A DNA stretch of 64,000 bases from Deinococcus sp. (GTDB lineage Bacteria; Deinococcota; Deinococci; Deinococcales; Deinococcaceae), in assembly GCA_965261005.1 (NCBI GenBank), contig OZ253375.1, positions 2,432,001 through 2,496,000 on the forward strand. Reading direction: 5' to 3'. Below the pieces are notes generated by a model. That model was not told the DNA's origin and made no database searches. It worked only from the letters and a program-made list of their open reading frames with translations. Within the stretch, counting starts at the first letter, position 1. The number at the start of each line of letters is the position of its first letter. This document shows, in pieces, positions 10,409 through 20,629 of the stretch. The translations under genes were made by a program, and so were the position numbers.

Positions 10409-10471
10409 CTGTTTAAGGCAGGATGTGATTCTGCCATTTTCGCCCGTTTGGCGTAGTAGTGGCGTAGTAGC

Positions 10472-10795
10472 TCAGTTCAGGGGCGATACCTGGGCGGCCG
10501 GTGCGCTGGGCGCGTGTTCAAAGAGGTCTACCACCGCCGCGCGCCGTTCGTTGTCGGGGACATGGCGGTACACGTCAAGCGTGATGCTCACCCGCGCGTG
10601 TCCCAGCACCTTGGACACCACCTCAACCGGCACGCCGCGCCGCAGGGCCAGCGTGGCGTACGTGTGGCGCAGGTCGTGGGGCGAGATGCCCGGCAAGCGC
10701 TCGCCGGCCGCCGCCACACCTTCAAGCTGGGCCAGCGCCTCGCGGGTCGCCATCCTTGCCACGCCGCCCGCCCGCTTCTTCTTCGCACTGCCCAA
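10472..10795 (-). pseudogene. Tyrosine integrase C-terminal remnant
   Basis: HDLRHTYATL..VSKVLGHA..ITLDVYRHV (HxxR, H, Y); N-terminal two thirds missing; points toward tRNA-Trp. Confidence 0.85.
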
Positions 10796-11213
10796 GTACC
10801 AGCCGGCCGAAGGGATGGCTCAGGCGGCGGACTGAGGGACGGGATCAGCGCGGGGGTCAATTGGCCCCCGTTTCCTTTTGCCAATATTTTCGCGCGGAAG
10901 AGCGAAGGCGCCGTGCTACAACCGAAGCGTGAAGCGCGCCCTCGCCCTCGCCCTCGCCCTGCTCGCTGCCCCGTGTGCCCTCGCCCAAGTGGCCGCCCCG
11001 CCACCCACGGCCCTCACGCCCGCGAACATGGTGTACAGCCTCGCCGTGAAGCGCAACTGGACGGAGCAAAGCACGCCCTTTTGTTCGGACCGCGCCAATA
11101 CCAACGCGGGCGCGGCTTATCCACGCGCGCCCAAGGCGAAGTACAAGTTCGTCAGGACGTTTGGCTTCACGTCCAACTCCAGCCCCAGCATTGAGCGGCT
11201 GAGCCTTGAATAC

Positions 11214-12378
11214 CTCAGTACCCGACAGGAAGGTCTAAAGGTTGTGTGACACGAGGAGAGACAGCAGAGCCGGGGCAAACTGTGGTTGATGAGTACCCAG
11301 CCCCCCGGCACCACTGACGCTACCCTGCGCGCGCTCGTCGCGCAACACCTGCCCGGACGCCGCTCTGACCAGCGCGCTCGTCTCGCCGATATGTTGCTCG
11401 CTACCGTCCACGCCCAGCACGTCACTCACCGCAAACTCGCCCAGCACTTGCCGGGTGACGCCCGACCCGAAAGCAAAGAACGTCGCGTCGCCCGCTTCTT
11501 CGCCGCAGAGACCTTCACTCAGCACGAGGCCGCCCAACTGATCCTGCCGCTGTTGGGGAGCGGCAAGTTGACGCTCGCGATGGACCGCACCAACTGGCGC
11601 TATGGGCAATATGATCACAACATCTTGGTGATTGGGGCGGTGTTTGCTGGCTACGCTCTCCCCTTGGTGTGGGACGTGCTGGACCACGGCGGCGCCAGTT
11701 CGACTGCCGCGCGCATCGCGCTGCTCGACCGGCTGCTGAGCGTCATTCCCGCACAGCGCATTGCGGTGCTGCTGGCCGACCGTGAGTTCGTGGGCAAAGA
11801 CTGGTTCGCGGCCCTGGAACAACGACGGCTCAAGCGCTGCATCCGCATTCGTGAGGACACCCTGCTCGATGACATCGCGGTTCGAGACGCCTTTGCACAC
11901 CTGACGCCCGGCGAGGTGCGCGGCCTGCTCGACAAAGAGGTGGTCTACGGCGCTGAGATGCAGGTGGTTGCCACACTGTCCAGCGAAGGTGAGCGCGTTG
12001 TGATCGCTTCGGACCTCTCGCTGTTCGACACCTGTGAGCGCTACCGGTCGCGCTGGTCCATCGAATGCACCTTCGGCGCTTACAAACTGCGCGGCCTCAA
12101 TCTGGAGGCGACCCACATGACCGACCCTGCCCGCATCGAAACGCTGGTCAGCTTGCTCACGGTCGCCTTCGTCTGGGCGCTGCTGGTCGGTCTGGTGCGG
12201 GAACAAGAGGCGCCCGTACGGCTCAAAACGCACGGGCGCAAAGCCAAGAGCACCTTCCTGACCGGCCTCGATCTGCTTGTGGACGCCCTCAAGTGGAACC
12301 TTGAGCGCGCCAGGTCCTGTCTGGCCCTGCTCTTCCCGGCCCTTCAGATGCCACCGACCCTACCTGTCGGGTACTGAG
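11214..12378 (+). mobile_element. IS4-family insertion sequence, 1165 bp, copy 1
   Basis: Terminal IR CTCAGTACCCGACAGG; 9-bp TSD CTTGAATAC (11205-11213 / 12379-12387). Confidence 0.92.
11289..12377 (+). CDS. IS4-family DDE transposase
   Basis: [26 protein letters not shown] motifs. Confidence 0.9.
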   Translation: MSTQPPGTTDATLRALVAQHLPGRRSDQRARLADMLLATVHAQHVTHRKLAQHLPGDARPESKERRVARFFAAETFTQHEAAQLILPLLGSGKLTLAMDRTNWRYGQYDHNILVIGAVFAGYALPLVWDVLDHGGASSTAARIALLDRLLSVIPAQRIAVLLADREFVGKDWFAALEQRRLKRCIRIREDTLLDDIAVRDAFAHLTPGEVRGLLDKEVVYGAEMQVVATLSSEGERVVIASDLSLFDTCERYRSRWSIECTFGAYKLRGLNLEATHMTDPARIETLVSLLTVAFVWALLVGLVREQEAPVRLKTHGRKAKSTFLTGLDLLVDALKWNLERARSCLALLFPALQMPPTLPVGY

Positions 12379-12598
12379 CTTGAATACACCTCAGTGGGAT
12401 TTCAGACGCCATACCCGTGGCAGGTCGGGCAATGGGTCAGCCGTCAGTATGCGGCGGACGTGACGCCACGTTATGCCTACGTGCTGGAGATGCAAGAGCG
12501 GCCCACCACCTACAGCACGGGCGCCAACATCTGCATGACCATCTTCGCGCTGCGCTGAGGTCGCTACGCCGGGGCCGAAAGGCCCCTCTCTTTCGACT

Positions 12599-15500
12599 TC
12601 AAGCAGCAAATAGGGTGATCGCCGTCTCGCCTTGCCGCTCCAACCGGACAATGCCCATATCCACCAGCATTTCCAACACGTCTTCTACCTTGTCCGGGCG
12701 CCCGCCCTTGAAGGCCCGCGCCACGTCGCGTGAGGTGAGTGGGCGTCCGGCGAGCTGCAACACCCGTCGCACCTCGCGCGCCTGATCGGCCATCTTGCCG
12801 GGGAAGGGGCGCACTTCCACGGGCGCTTCCGCCTGTACCACCGTCACGTCAAGCTGTCCTTGCACGCCCGCTTCGGGCGCCTGATAGTCACGGCGTAGCC
12901 AGCGCACCTGTCCAGAACGTTCCTCATGGGCACGCTCGGCGTTCAGGGCCGCGAGGTGTTCCAGCACGGCCGCGTCTGTGATGGCGTGCGGCCAGTTGTA
13001 GGCGCCGAGTACCGCCGCGTCCAGTTCGCTGTGAAGCTCCAGCAAGGTGCTCACGAGGCCCTGGGCGTTCACCTCGCGCGCCTTGTCGTCTAAGGGTTGG
13101 CCGGCGCGCAGTTGCTCCAGCACGTTGTACATGCCGGTCATGCTGAGCTTGGGGTGCGCCTCAAGTTGGCGCTTGCGGTGGGCGTCCAGGCGTTCGGCCA
13201 AGTCGCGTATGCGCGCCTTTTGCTCTTCTGAGGCGTCGGGAAAAGGAAACGTCTCGAAGCAGCGCGTTTTGTTGTAGCGGGGGTCATTCCCCATACCTAG
13301 CCGCCCGCCCTGAGCGAGCGCCCAAACCACATGTACGCGGCTCGAAAGCACGCCAAGGTGATAAGCGTCGTCTGAAGCGATAGGAATAAGCATATGGTCC
13401 GGCAAAACGCCAGCGTCAAGGAACGTGAAAAAGCGGTGCTTGCTCGTCTCGACCGTGGCGATGTAGCGGGCCAGGCCAGCGAGGGCGGGGCGGAACTCTG
13501 AGCGGGGCCGCCCGTGTATCCACCACTTCGCGCGAAAGCCCGCATCTCTACTTGAATCGCGTTCCGGCTTCACGTGCTCCAAAACGTGTTGGTACACCGC
13601 CGGAAAGCGCTCCCGTACCTCTTGCGCCGTCAGCCCAAACAGGTCAATCACCATGACGCCGCGCGGCCTTCCCGTGAGGTCCCGCCCGTTGCGATATTCC
13701 CGAATGTGCCGTTCCAAGCCGGGCACGCTGCCCAGGCCAAGCGCCGCCGCTTGCTCAGGCGTCACGATAAACCCGGAACCGGCCAGCATGACGCCGTTGC
13801 TGCTGATCCGCTCGTTTGCCCTCAGCTCGCCCACGCCCGCCACGTCCGCGCCCAGCGACAAATCGGTGTTGAGCTTGCCCAGCGCGCCGCTCAGCGTCAC
13901 CGCGTATTCGTCGTGTTCGCCCTTCTCCTCCGCCGCGACACGCTCCAATACGCCTTCATGCCGCCCGGCCTGCCCCACTGTCATGGCGATTCGCACGGCC
14001 GCCCCATCCGCCGTGTCCACCCAAGGATGGTCGGGAATGGCGTACACCAAACTCAAGCGCTGGCCGACGAACTTTTCGACCACCCGGCGATTGAAGGTCT
14101 GCTTGAGGCTGTTGGTCGTGACGAAGCCGAAGCGGCGCACCCGGCCCATTTCCGCGAGCTGCGCCGCCTTGTACCACCAGAACATCACGAAATCCGCGCT
14201 GCGGGGCATCTCGCCATACACCCGCCACAGGGTTTCCACGTAGCCGTCTCCTAGGGCAAAGCGCATGGCCTCCCCCTTGCCCAGAAACGGCGGGTTGCCC
14301 ACGATGAACTCCGCGTCGGGCCACATGCGCGGCCGGGCGTCCAGATACTCAACGTCCCCCACGGTCGCTTCTGGGTCCGGCACCTCGCGCCCCGTCGTGG
14401 GGTTGCGTTTGGTCGTCTGACCGTCCCAGCGCCTCACGGGCTGCCCGTCCTTGTCCACTTTGGGCCGCGTGCCGCTGAAATTGAGCACGGCGTCTTTGAC
14501 CTGTATGTTCTTGAACGCCTTCAGAATCGGTTCGGGCGGGGTGGCCTTCCCGTGAGTGCGGGCGTACCACTGCAAGTAGCCAATCCACAGCACCAATTCG
14601 GCCACGCCCGCCGCGCGTGGGTTGACTTCCAGGCCCATGAATTGATGGGGGTCCACGTCAAGCAAGGGCGTTTCGCCGCCCAGGCGGGTCAAGGTGTCCA
14701 GCACCTCACCCTCCAGCCGCTTCATCAGCTCCAAGCTCACATAGAGAAAGTTTCCCGTTCCACAGGCGGGGTCAAGAACGCGCACTTCCCGCAAGTGGGT
14801 GTGAAACTCCTTGACCGCGCGCACCGCCTCTTGGGGCTTGGCGTCCTCAAGCAAGCGCTGTACCTGGGCTTGCACGATCAGCCAATCGTCGCGCAGCGGC
14901 TCCAGCACGGTCTTGTTGACCAGACGCTCGACGTAGGCGCGCGGGGTGTAGTGGGCGCCCAGCTTGTGCCGTTCGGTCGGGTCCAGGGCGCGCTCTACCA
15001 GGGTGCCGAAGATGGCGGGTTCCACCTCGGCCCAGTTCGCCCGCGCCGCCTCCAGCAACAGGGCCAGCTCTTCGGCCGTCACCTCCAAAGCTTCGGCTTG
15101 CTCGAACAGCCCGCCGTTGAACCTCAGCACATGGGTAAACAGGGCGCCGCTGTAGCCGCCCGTCGCCATCACGCGCCACAAGTCCTCCAGGGCGGGGCTG
15201 AACTGTTCGGGCGCGTCTTGCAAGCGTTCCAACAGTTGAATGAATTTTCCCTTGGGCAAGAGGTTCATGTCTTCGGCAAACATGGTGAAGATCATGCGCG
15301 TCAAAAAGCCGCCCACCTGGGGCGGGCTGTACAGCGGCGCCCCGTCCGGGCCGCGCCTTTCCTCCAGGCTGCGGCTCAATTGGGCGAGCTGACCCGCCAC
15401 TTTCCGGGTGACGCGCGCCGCGTGCTTGGAGGGGTCCAGGCTGAGGGGGTCGAGCCACACCGTCCGCAGCAGCTCACGTACCTCCTCGCGGCGCAGGTCT

Positions 15501-16027
15501 TCGAGCGCGAAGCGGTGTTGGCGCGGCCCAGGAAAGGGAAGGTAGCTGCCCCCCGTGCGGGTGAACTCGCTGTACAGCTCGATCACGTGCCCCACGTCCA
15601 CCACGATCAAAAAGGGCGGGCGGCCCTCTTCGGGGGGAAGCAGGCGGGCGTAGCGTTCGGCCTGTTCTTTGGCGCGGCGCATCACGCCATCCCAACCCCC
15701 CGTGCCGCGCGTGCCGTGCCCCTTGCGCGTCTTGCGGGGACGGCCCGCCTGTTCTTCCCTGATCTCGGCCTCGACGCCCTGTTTGGCCTCCAGCACAAAG
15801 CAGCCGCGCCGGTACAAGTCGAGAAAGCGCGTGGTCGTCTGCCCGTCCGTATAGACCTCGCGCACCGGCTTCTCGAAGACGTAGGCGTTCCTCGCCTCAG
15901 CGCTCACGGTCGGGTCGGGTTCGGGGACGCCCAGCATCCGGCACAGCTCGGAGAGAAACAGTACGTAATTTGCCCGCTCGGCGCCGCCCGAACTGGCCCA
16001 GCGCGCAATGAAGGCGTCAACGTCCAT
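12599..16027 (-). CDS. MmeI-like single-chain restriction-modification enzyme (Type IIL/IIG; N6-adenine MTase with nuclease)
   Basis: N-terminal [23 protein letters not shown] (PD-ExK), DPACGTGNF (SAM motif I), GNPPF (motif IV), TRD, C-terminal wHTH-like tail. Confidence 0.85.
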   Translation of the reverse strand: MDVDAFIARWASSGGAERANYVLFLSELCRMLGVPEPDPTVSAEARNAYVFEKPVREVYTDGQTTTRFLDLYRRGCFVLEAKQGVEAEIREEQAGRPRKTRKGHGTRGTGGWDGVMRRAKEQAERYARLLPPEEGRPPFLIVVDVGHVIELYSEFTRTGGSYLPFPGPRQHRFALEDLRREEVRELLRTVWLDPLSLDPSKHAARVTRKVAGQLAQLSRSLEERRGPDGAPLYSPPQVGGFLTRMIFTMFAEDMNLLPKGKFIQLLERLQDAPEQFSPALEDLWRVMATGGYSGALFTHVLRFNGGLFEQAEALEVTAEELALLLEAARANWAEVEPAIFGTLVERALDPTERHKLGAHYTPRAYVERLVNKTVLEPLRDDWLIVQAQVQRLLEDAKPQEAVRAVKEFHTHLREVRVLDPACGTGNFLYVSLELMKRLEGEVLDTLTRLGGETPLLDVDPHQFMGLEVNPRAAGVAELVLWIGYLQWYARTHGKATPPEPILKAFKNIQVKDAVLNFSGTRPKVDKDGQPVRRWDGQTTKRNPTTGREVPDPEATVGDVEYLDARPRMWPDAEFIVGNPPFLGKGEAMRFALGDGYVETLWRVYGEMPRSADFVMFWWYKAAQLAEMGRVRRFGFVTTNSLKQTFNRRVVEKFVGQRLSLVYAIPDHPWVDTADGAAVRIAMTVGQAGRHEGVLERVAAEEKGEHDEYAVTLSGALGKLNTDLSLGADVAGVGELRANERISSNGVMLAGSGFIVTPEQAAALGLGSVPGLERHIREYRNGRDLTGRPRGVMVIDLFGLTAQEVRERFPAVYQHVLEHVKPERDSSRDAGFRAKWWIHGRPRSEFRPALAGLARYIATVETSKHRFFTFLDAGVLPDHMLIPIASDDAYHLGVLSSRVHVVWALAQGGRLGMGNDPRYNKTRCFETFPFPDASEEQKARIRDLAERLDAHRKRQLEAHPKLSMTGMYNVLEQLRAGQPLDDKAREVNAQGLVSTLLELHSELDAAVLGAYNWPHAITDAAVLEHLAALNAERAHEERSGQVRWLRRDYQAPEAGVQGQLDVTVVQAEAPVEVRPFPGKMADQAREVRRVLQLAGRPLTSRDVARAFKGGRPDKVEDVLEMLVDMGIVRLERQGETAITLFAA

Positions 16028-16325
16028 AAGGGCCGAAGGGGGAGCTAGGGGTGGCCTTGGCGGTGGCTGGCAGGCTCATGGGGTTTTCAGTATGCGGTAA
16101 GGGGGGCTTAATTTGAAGGCTTTGCGCTTTCGGTCAGCGACCACCACGCTATTGATAGCGGACTATGTCACGACGGCCATTTGGGTCCCGCAAGGTTTTG
16201 AAAACCCTGCTGAGCGAAAGGAAAGTCGTTGCCGAGTTACGCCGCTATCAATAAGTTCAGAGTGCCAAGGTGGTCAGCTGCGACAGCCACCTCAGTTCTT
16301 TGCCAGCAGCTCGTACAACACACGA

Positions 16326-16853
16326 TTACTCGTCCTTCTCACTCTGCGAACGAGAATTAGGGCTGTTCGAGGGCTGCCTAGGCGCAAATAACCGCGCCCC
16401 AAACACCGTGACGATAGTGACCGCTAACGAGGACACCGCAACTACTGGGATGCGAAGAAGTGCAAAGATGACAGCGACAATAACTGTGCCTCCTACTACA
16501 AACATAGCAAAGACTTGACCACGACTCGCCAGCCTTAAATCTCCTTCAATAGCGCCGACCTCGGCTCTGGTTCTAAGCTCCTCTATTTTGTGGCGATGGG
16601 TCTGCTCAGCAAAGGCAGAGTTAGCGATGCGCTCTGCCAACCCTGTCAAAGCTTGGTCATACTCTTTCAATTGCCTTGGCAGAGGGAGTGGACCGCTGTG
16701 CGCCTCGTAGGAAACTACAACCTCATGGACACCAAGCCGAACTTCACGGCGGATTAACGCAACGATTTCGGGCGATACGCCTGGAATTTCTAGCTCATCC
16801 TCATTGGGCAATGCCAATTGGCTTCCTAGGTCTCGGCTCTCCTCAGGCGACAT
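16326..16853 (-). CDS. DUF2335-type predicted membrane protein
   Basis: HSGPLPLPRQLKEYD..GLAERI..EQTHRHKIE..RGQVFA plus two TM helices; visibly low GC. Confidence 0.75.
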   Translation of the reverse strand: MSPEESRDLGSQLALPNEDELEIPGVSPEIVALIRREVRLGVHEVVVSYEAHSGPLPLPRQLKEYDQALTGLAERIANSAFAEQTHRHKIEELRTRAEVGAIEGDLRLASRGQVFAMFVVGGTVIVAVIFALLRIPVVAVSSLAVTIVTVFGARLFAPRQPSNSPNSRSQSEKDE

Positions 16854-16907
16854 GACCAATGTTATAGCGGGCCAACTGGCCCGCTAACATCTGATGTGTC
16901 GAAAAGA

Positions 16908-17138
16908 CTAACTTAGTTTGAAGTGCCTGAGCACGGCGTTGGTATCGGTGCGAACACGATGCCGGTCTTTCCTGAGTGCCTTAAGGTCATCGCGGGGCGA
17001 GCTGATCGGGTAGTCTTGCAATTTCTGTAGGCGTACTTGAGCCATAGAAGCGCGGTCAAAACCCAGATCAAAGGCGCTTGCGACGCCGTAGAGGAACACA
17101 GAGCGGGCGTATTTGCCCCGTAGCTGCTTCGTTGCCAT
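16908..17138 (-). CDS. Small hypothetical protein upstream of DUF2335 gene
   Basis: 76 aa; FLYGVASAFDL..DDLKALRKD..V.TD; AGAGGG RBS; same low-GC block. Confidence 0.6.
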   Translation of the reverse strand: MATKQLRGKYARSVFLYGVASAFDLGFDRASMAQVRLQKLQDYPISSPRDDLKALRKDRHRVRTDTNAVLRHFKLS

Positions 17139-17341
17139 TGCAACCCTCTTTCTACTCAGCGCGAGACTAGAGTGCTATCCCTTAGTCCCGATGAGCGTGC
17201 ATGGGTAGCCATTTTCGGCTAGACCTGCTAGGAGTATTGCAGGTTTAAGGCGGCAAAGGTTGAGAAAACTTATAGGGAAGCTTCGCCAGCAAACACGAAG
17301 ATTGCCCCAGCCGAAGCTCTAACAGGACAAAATCCGCGCTG

Positions 17342-17668
17342 TCACAACGCCGAGACGGCCAGCCGCGACAGCCACCCCGGTTGCTTGCCCAGCAACTTGA
17401 ACAGCGTCACCGGCTCGCCGCGTTGCCGTGCCCGCACGGCCGGCACTCGTTCCGGCGAGCACCAGCACAACACCCCGCCGATCCTCACGCCTAGATAGGA
17501 CACGCGTTCAGCGCCATGTAAGACGCGCAATGCCCGCCGCGTGCTCGCCAGGTCTGAAGTCGTAGGGTCGCCCTGGAAGACATAGGCGGCCAATTCCAGC
17601 GTGTTCATCGCCGGCCCCTCCAGGGCTTTGAGAATGCCGCGTTGCACTTTGTCGGGGCCTCGGCTCAT
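17342..17668 (-). CDS. Small putative winged-helix DNA-binding protein
   Basis: ILKALE..MNTLELAAYVF..STRRALRVL..V pattern. Confidence 0.5.
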   Translation of the reverse strand: MSRGPDKVQRGILKALEGPAMNTLELAAYVFQGDPTTSDLASTRRALRVLHGAERVSYLGVRIGGVLCWCSPERVPAVRARQRGEPVTLFKLLGKQPGWLSRLAVSAL

Positions 17669-17879
17669 GCCCTAAGTGTGCCGCTAAGTGTTGCGAGGGG
17701 GAAGGGGCGATGGAACACTTAGGAGACACGCCATAGGCAAAAAGTGTTGGCTCTGACGGGGAAACACTTTTGCGCCTGTGGAACGTTGAGGAGGCGTCTT
17801 CTGATCCTTCATCCACCAGCACGCAAGATGTACAAACTTTCCGGCTGACGGTGCTAGGCGCCTTGCTTATAGTGGACTT

Positions 17880-18080
17880 ATGAACAGCGTGGCGTGCGCC
17901 TGTGGCCGGGAGTGGCGCTTCCGGGCACACCCGCGCGGCCACATCGTCTACAGCAAGGGACGGGGCAGTTGGACGCCTTGGCCGGACAACCCGTGGCCCA
18001 GCACCATTGAGAAATTCCGCTGCGTCTGCGGAAAGCACGGGTGCATCTCAGATAAGTGGAAGAAAAGGCTTGATGACTAG
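17880..18080 (+). CDS. Small Cys-rich (CxC..CxC) hypothetical protein
   Basis: CACG..CVCG; TATAGT -10 element just upstream (leaderless). Confidence 0.45.
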   Translation: MNSVACACGREWRFRAHPRGHIVYSKGRGSWTPWPDNPWPSTIEKFRCVCGKHGCISDKWKKRLDD

Positions 18081-18124
18081 GGCAAGCGCAAAGTCCTGAA
18101 ACGAGGGCAAAATTGCACCCAGAA

Positions 18125-18250
18125 CTCCTCCCTTTGCGGGGGGAGGTTGGGAGGGGGGGTAAACGAGCCGGCCCACACGCACTCCGCTTTACCCCCCTCT
18201 CCGGCCCTCCCTTCGGGGTGCTTCGCGCTCCCCGGCGCGGGGGGAGGGGA
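18125..18250. repeat. GC-rich palindromic REP/CIR-like repeat pair
   Basis: CTCCTCCC..GGGGGAGGTTGGGAGGGGG arm and inverted CCCCCTCTCCGGCCCTCCC..GGGGGAGGG arm; related to 51256-51390 and 60240-60280. Confidence 0.5.
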
Positions 18251-18329
18251 AAAAGATCAAGCGCTGACTTTGCGGTTGCCCTGCTCATCTTCCCGCTCTT
18301 CAGGGATGTACCCACTCACGCGCGTTCAA

Positions 18330-18358
18330 TTGACATGCACCAAGCCCACCGCTATACT
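18330..18358 (+). promoter_or_regulatory. Consensus sigma70 promoter of tRNA operon
   Basis: TTGACA-17nt-TATACT. Confidence 0.85.
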
Positions 18359-18447
18359 CCATCACGCGCGTCGCCGGTGAACAGCCTGGTCGCGCACCCC
18401 AATTTTGTTACAGGCCTTTTGTGAACAGCAAGGGTCGTGAAGGGCAA

Positions 18448-18535
18448 GGGGGGTTGGCCGAGCGGTTGAAGGCAGCAGTCTTGAAAACTGCAGTAGGGTG
18501 ACCTACCGGGGGTTCGAATCCCTCACCCTCCGCCA
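18448..18535 (+). tRNA. tRNA-Ser(TGA)
   Basis: Long variable arm; arm gcagt-CTTGAAA-actgc; CCA end. Confidence 0.95.
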
Positions 18536-18554
18536 AAGGCGCGCCGCACAAGAT

Positions 18555-18643
18555 GGAGAGGTGGGTGAGCGGCTTAAACCACAGTCCTGCTAAGACTGCG
18601 TACTCGAAAGGTACCGAGGGTTCAAATCCCTCCCTCTCCGCCA
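18555..18643 (+). tRNA. tRNA-Ser(GCT)
   Basis: GGAGAGG...CCTCTCC-G-CCA; arm cagtc-CTGCTAA-gactg. Confidence 0.95.
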
Positions 18644-18678
18644 AGTTTGCCCAAGCAAGTCCGGGCAAGGTAGTTTGA

Positions 18679-18755
<77 letters not shown>

Positions 18756-18757
18756 AG

Positions 18758-18787
18758 AAAACCCCTTTAGGAGGGGTTTTTCCTTTT
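18758..18787 (+). terminator. Terminator after tRNA operon
   Basis: AAAACCCCT-TTAGG-AGGGGTTTT-TCCTTTT. Confidence 0.75.
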
Positions 18788-19037
18788 GTCCCTGGGTCAA
18801 GATTGGTCAGTCAAGATCGGGCGGCGCGCCTTGTTCACGCTGTTCCCAGCTTCACCGCCGAGATGATGATCGGCCGGATGGTCGCGCGCTGGACGTTGTG
18901 GGACATGTGCATCGCCGTTCAGCAGCATGTTTGGGTTCACCATTGCTCAACCCTTCCCCTCATCCCCCAAATCCCATCAAGAGCCTTGGCGTTTAGCCTC
19001 AAGCTATGCTGCTTCTCTCGCGCTTTTCGGCAGGCCC

Positions 19038-20180
19038 ATGACGGGACCGGGTCAACTGCCCGCCACGACATACGCCGCAGGCGGGGGTGCTCTCAAGACC
19101 GACATTGTCGTGATTGGCGCGGGTCAGGCGGGCCTTTCCTCGGCCTACCACCTTGGGAAGCGCGGCTTGGCGCCCAACAAGGGGTTCGTGGTGCTCGACC
19201 AGTCACCGCAGCCGGGCGGCGCGTGGCAGTTCCGCTGGCCCAGCTTGACGCTCAGCACCGTCAACCGCCTGCACGACCTGCCCGGCATGCGCTTTTCGGA
19301 CGTGGTGGACCCCGAAGCGGCGCAGGTGCGGGCCAGCGTCGCTGTGCCTCGGTGCTTTGCGGCCTACGAAAAGGCGTTCAGCCTGCCCGTGTACCGCCCT
19401 GTGAAGGTGGCGGTGGTGTGGGAGCTTGGTGAGCGCCTGCGGGTCGAGACGGACCGAGGTGTCTTGTCCACACGCGGCGTCATCAACGCCACGGGCACTT
19501 GGGAAACGCCGTACATCCCGAGCTATCCCGGCGCCGAACGCTTTCGGGGCCGGCAGCTCCACACAAAGGATTACCGCACCCCGCAGGAGTTCGCCGGGCA
19601 GCACGTGATCATCGTGGGCGGCGGAATCTCGGCAGTGCAGTTGCTCGATGAGATTTCGCGGGTCACCACGACGACGTGGGTGACCCGGCGCGAACCCGAG
19701 TTTCGCGCCGGACCGTTCGACGAGAACGCGGGCCGGACGGCCGTGGCGCTCGTCGAGGACCGCGTGCGGCGCGGCTTGCCGCCGTTGTCCGTGGTGTCCA
19801 TCACGGGTCTGCCCGTCACGCCGACCATTGAGGCGATGTGTGCACGCGGTGTGCTGAAGCGCCTCCCCATGTTCAGCGAAATCACCGAAGACGGCGTGCG
19901 GTGGAGAGGCGGTACCGCGCTGCACGCCGACGTTCTTTTGTGGTGTACCGGCTTTCGCAGTTCCCTCGATCACCTCGCGCCGCTCATGCTGCGTGACGAG
20001 GGCGGCGGGATCACCATGACCGGACGGCTCGCGACGCAAGTCGCAAAGGACCCCAGGATTCACTTGATCGGATACGGCCCTTCCGCGTCCACCATCGGCG
20101 CGAATCGCGCTGGGGCGGCTGTGGCGGGCGAACTGATCACCTTCCTCGGGATCACGCAACTTGAGCCAAAGGCGTCATAA
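19038..20180 (+). CDS. NAD(P)/FAD-dependent oxidoreductase (flavin monooxygenase-like)
   Basis: VIGAGQAG, PGGAW, NATG, FRGRQLHTKDY, VGGGISA, WCTGF. Confidence 0.85.
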   Translation: MTGPGQLPATTYAAGGGALKTDIVVIGAGQAGLSSAYHLGKRGLAPNKGFVVLDQSPQPGGAWQFRWPSLTLSTVNRLHDLPGMRFSDVVDPEAAQVRASVAVPRCFAAYEKAFSLPVYRPVKVAVVWELGERLRVETDRGVLSTRGVINATGTWETPYIPSYPGAERFRGRQLHTKDYRTPQEFAGQHVIIVGGGISAVQLLDEISRVTTTTWVTRREPEFRAGPFDENAGRTAVALVEDRVRRGLPPLSVVSITGLPVTPTIEAMCARGVLKRLPMFSEITEDGVRWRGGTALHADVLLWCTGFRSSLDHLAPLMLRDEGGGITMTGRLATQVAKDPRIHLIGYGPSASTIGANRAGAAVAGELITFLGITQLEPKAS

Positions 20181-20331
20181 GGCGCCGCTTGGATGATCGA
20201 CACGCCGCAGATGCGTTGCAACACATGACCCACAAACGGCGGCCTTATGCGGGTTCCGGAAAGTCTGTTAACTTTGTTGACTGACCTTCCAGCGGAGAGG
20301 ATGGGAAAAGATACGGCCGTCAAGCTGAGCG

Positions 20332-20541
20332 CTACTCGGCGTCCTCGTTCAGGCGGTCGAAGAAGATCAGGGTGACGGTCAGGGCCAGAAAGCCCGCGAA
20401 CGGCGCGAGCCAGGGCATCAGCCAGTGCAGCGCGACGTAGCACAGCACCCAGGCGCTGCCCCCAACCCCGATGGGAACCAACAGCTCGCGCGCCAGCGCG
20501 CGGCCCGCCTGCTTGCGGTCTTGGGTCGGTCGCTCGTCCAC
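20332..20541 (-). CDS. Small two-TM membrane protein
   Basis: 69 aa with two hydrophobic stretches; minus-strand -10-like element upstream. Confidence 0.45.
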   Translation of the reverse strand: MDERPTQDRKQAGRALARELLVPIGVGGSAWVLCYVALHWLMPWLAPFAGFLALTVTLIFFDRLNEDAE

Positions 20542-20629
20542 GAGCCGTATTGAAGCAGAAGGCTTGTCACAGTTTCATCACAGCCCGATCAAAGCCTGTT
20601 CCCGGCGTGCGGCCGGACTGATGTGGCCG

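Larger units (their letters stand above)
10929..12558 (+). pseudogene. Secreted hypothetical protein split by IS4-family element
   Basis: Signal peptide (V)KRALALALALLAAPCALA; removing IS and one CTTGAATAC restores ..IERLSLEY-TSVGFQTPYPW..ICMTIFALR*. Confidence 0.75.

Noticed and set aside
16027..16079. Upstream ATG extending the RM gene via a G5 run
   Set aside because: ATG 16027 already gives a typical family N-terminus (..FIARW); no support for an extension
18298..18305. attR copy of tRNA-Trp 3' end (CTTCAGGG)
   Set aside because: Only 8 bp, expected by chance
18835..18910. Possible IS1595-type transposase scrap (minus strand MSHNVQRATIRPII..)
   Set aside because: About 20 residues, no ends or catalytic motif; too weak to annotate
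20245..20261. RDRM-like TTATGCGGGTTCCGGAA
   Set aside because: Mismatch in the right half-site and lies between convergent gene ends
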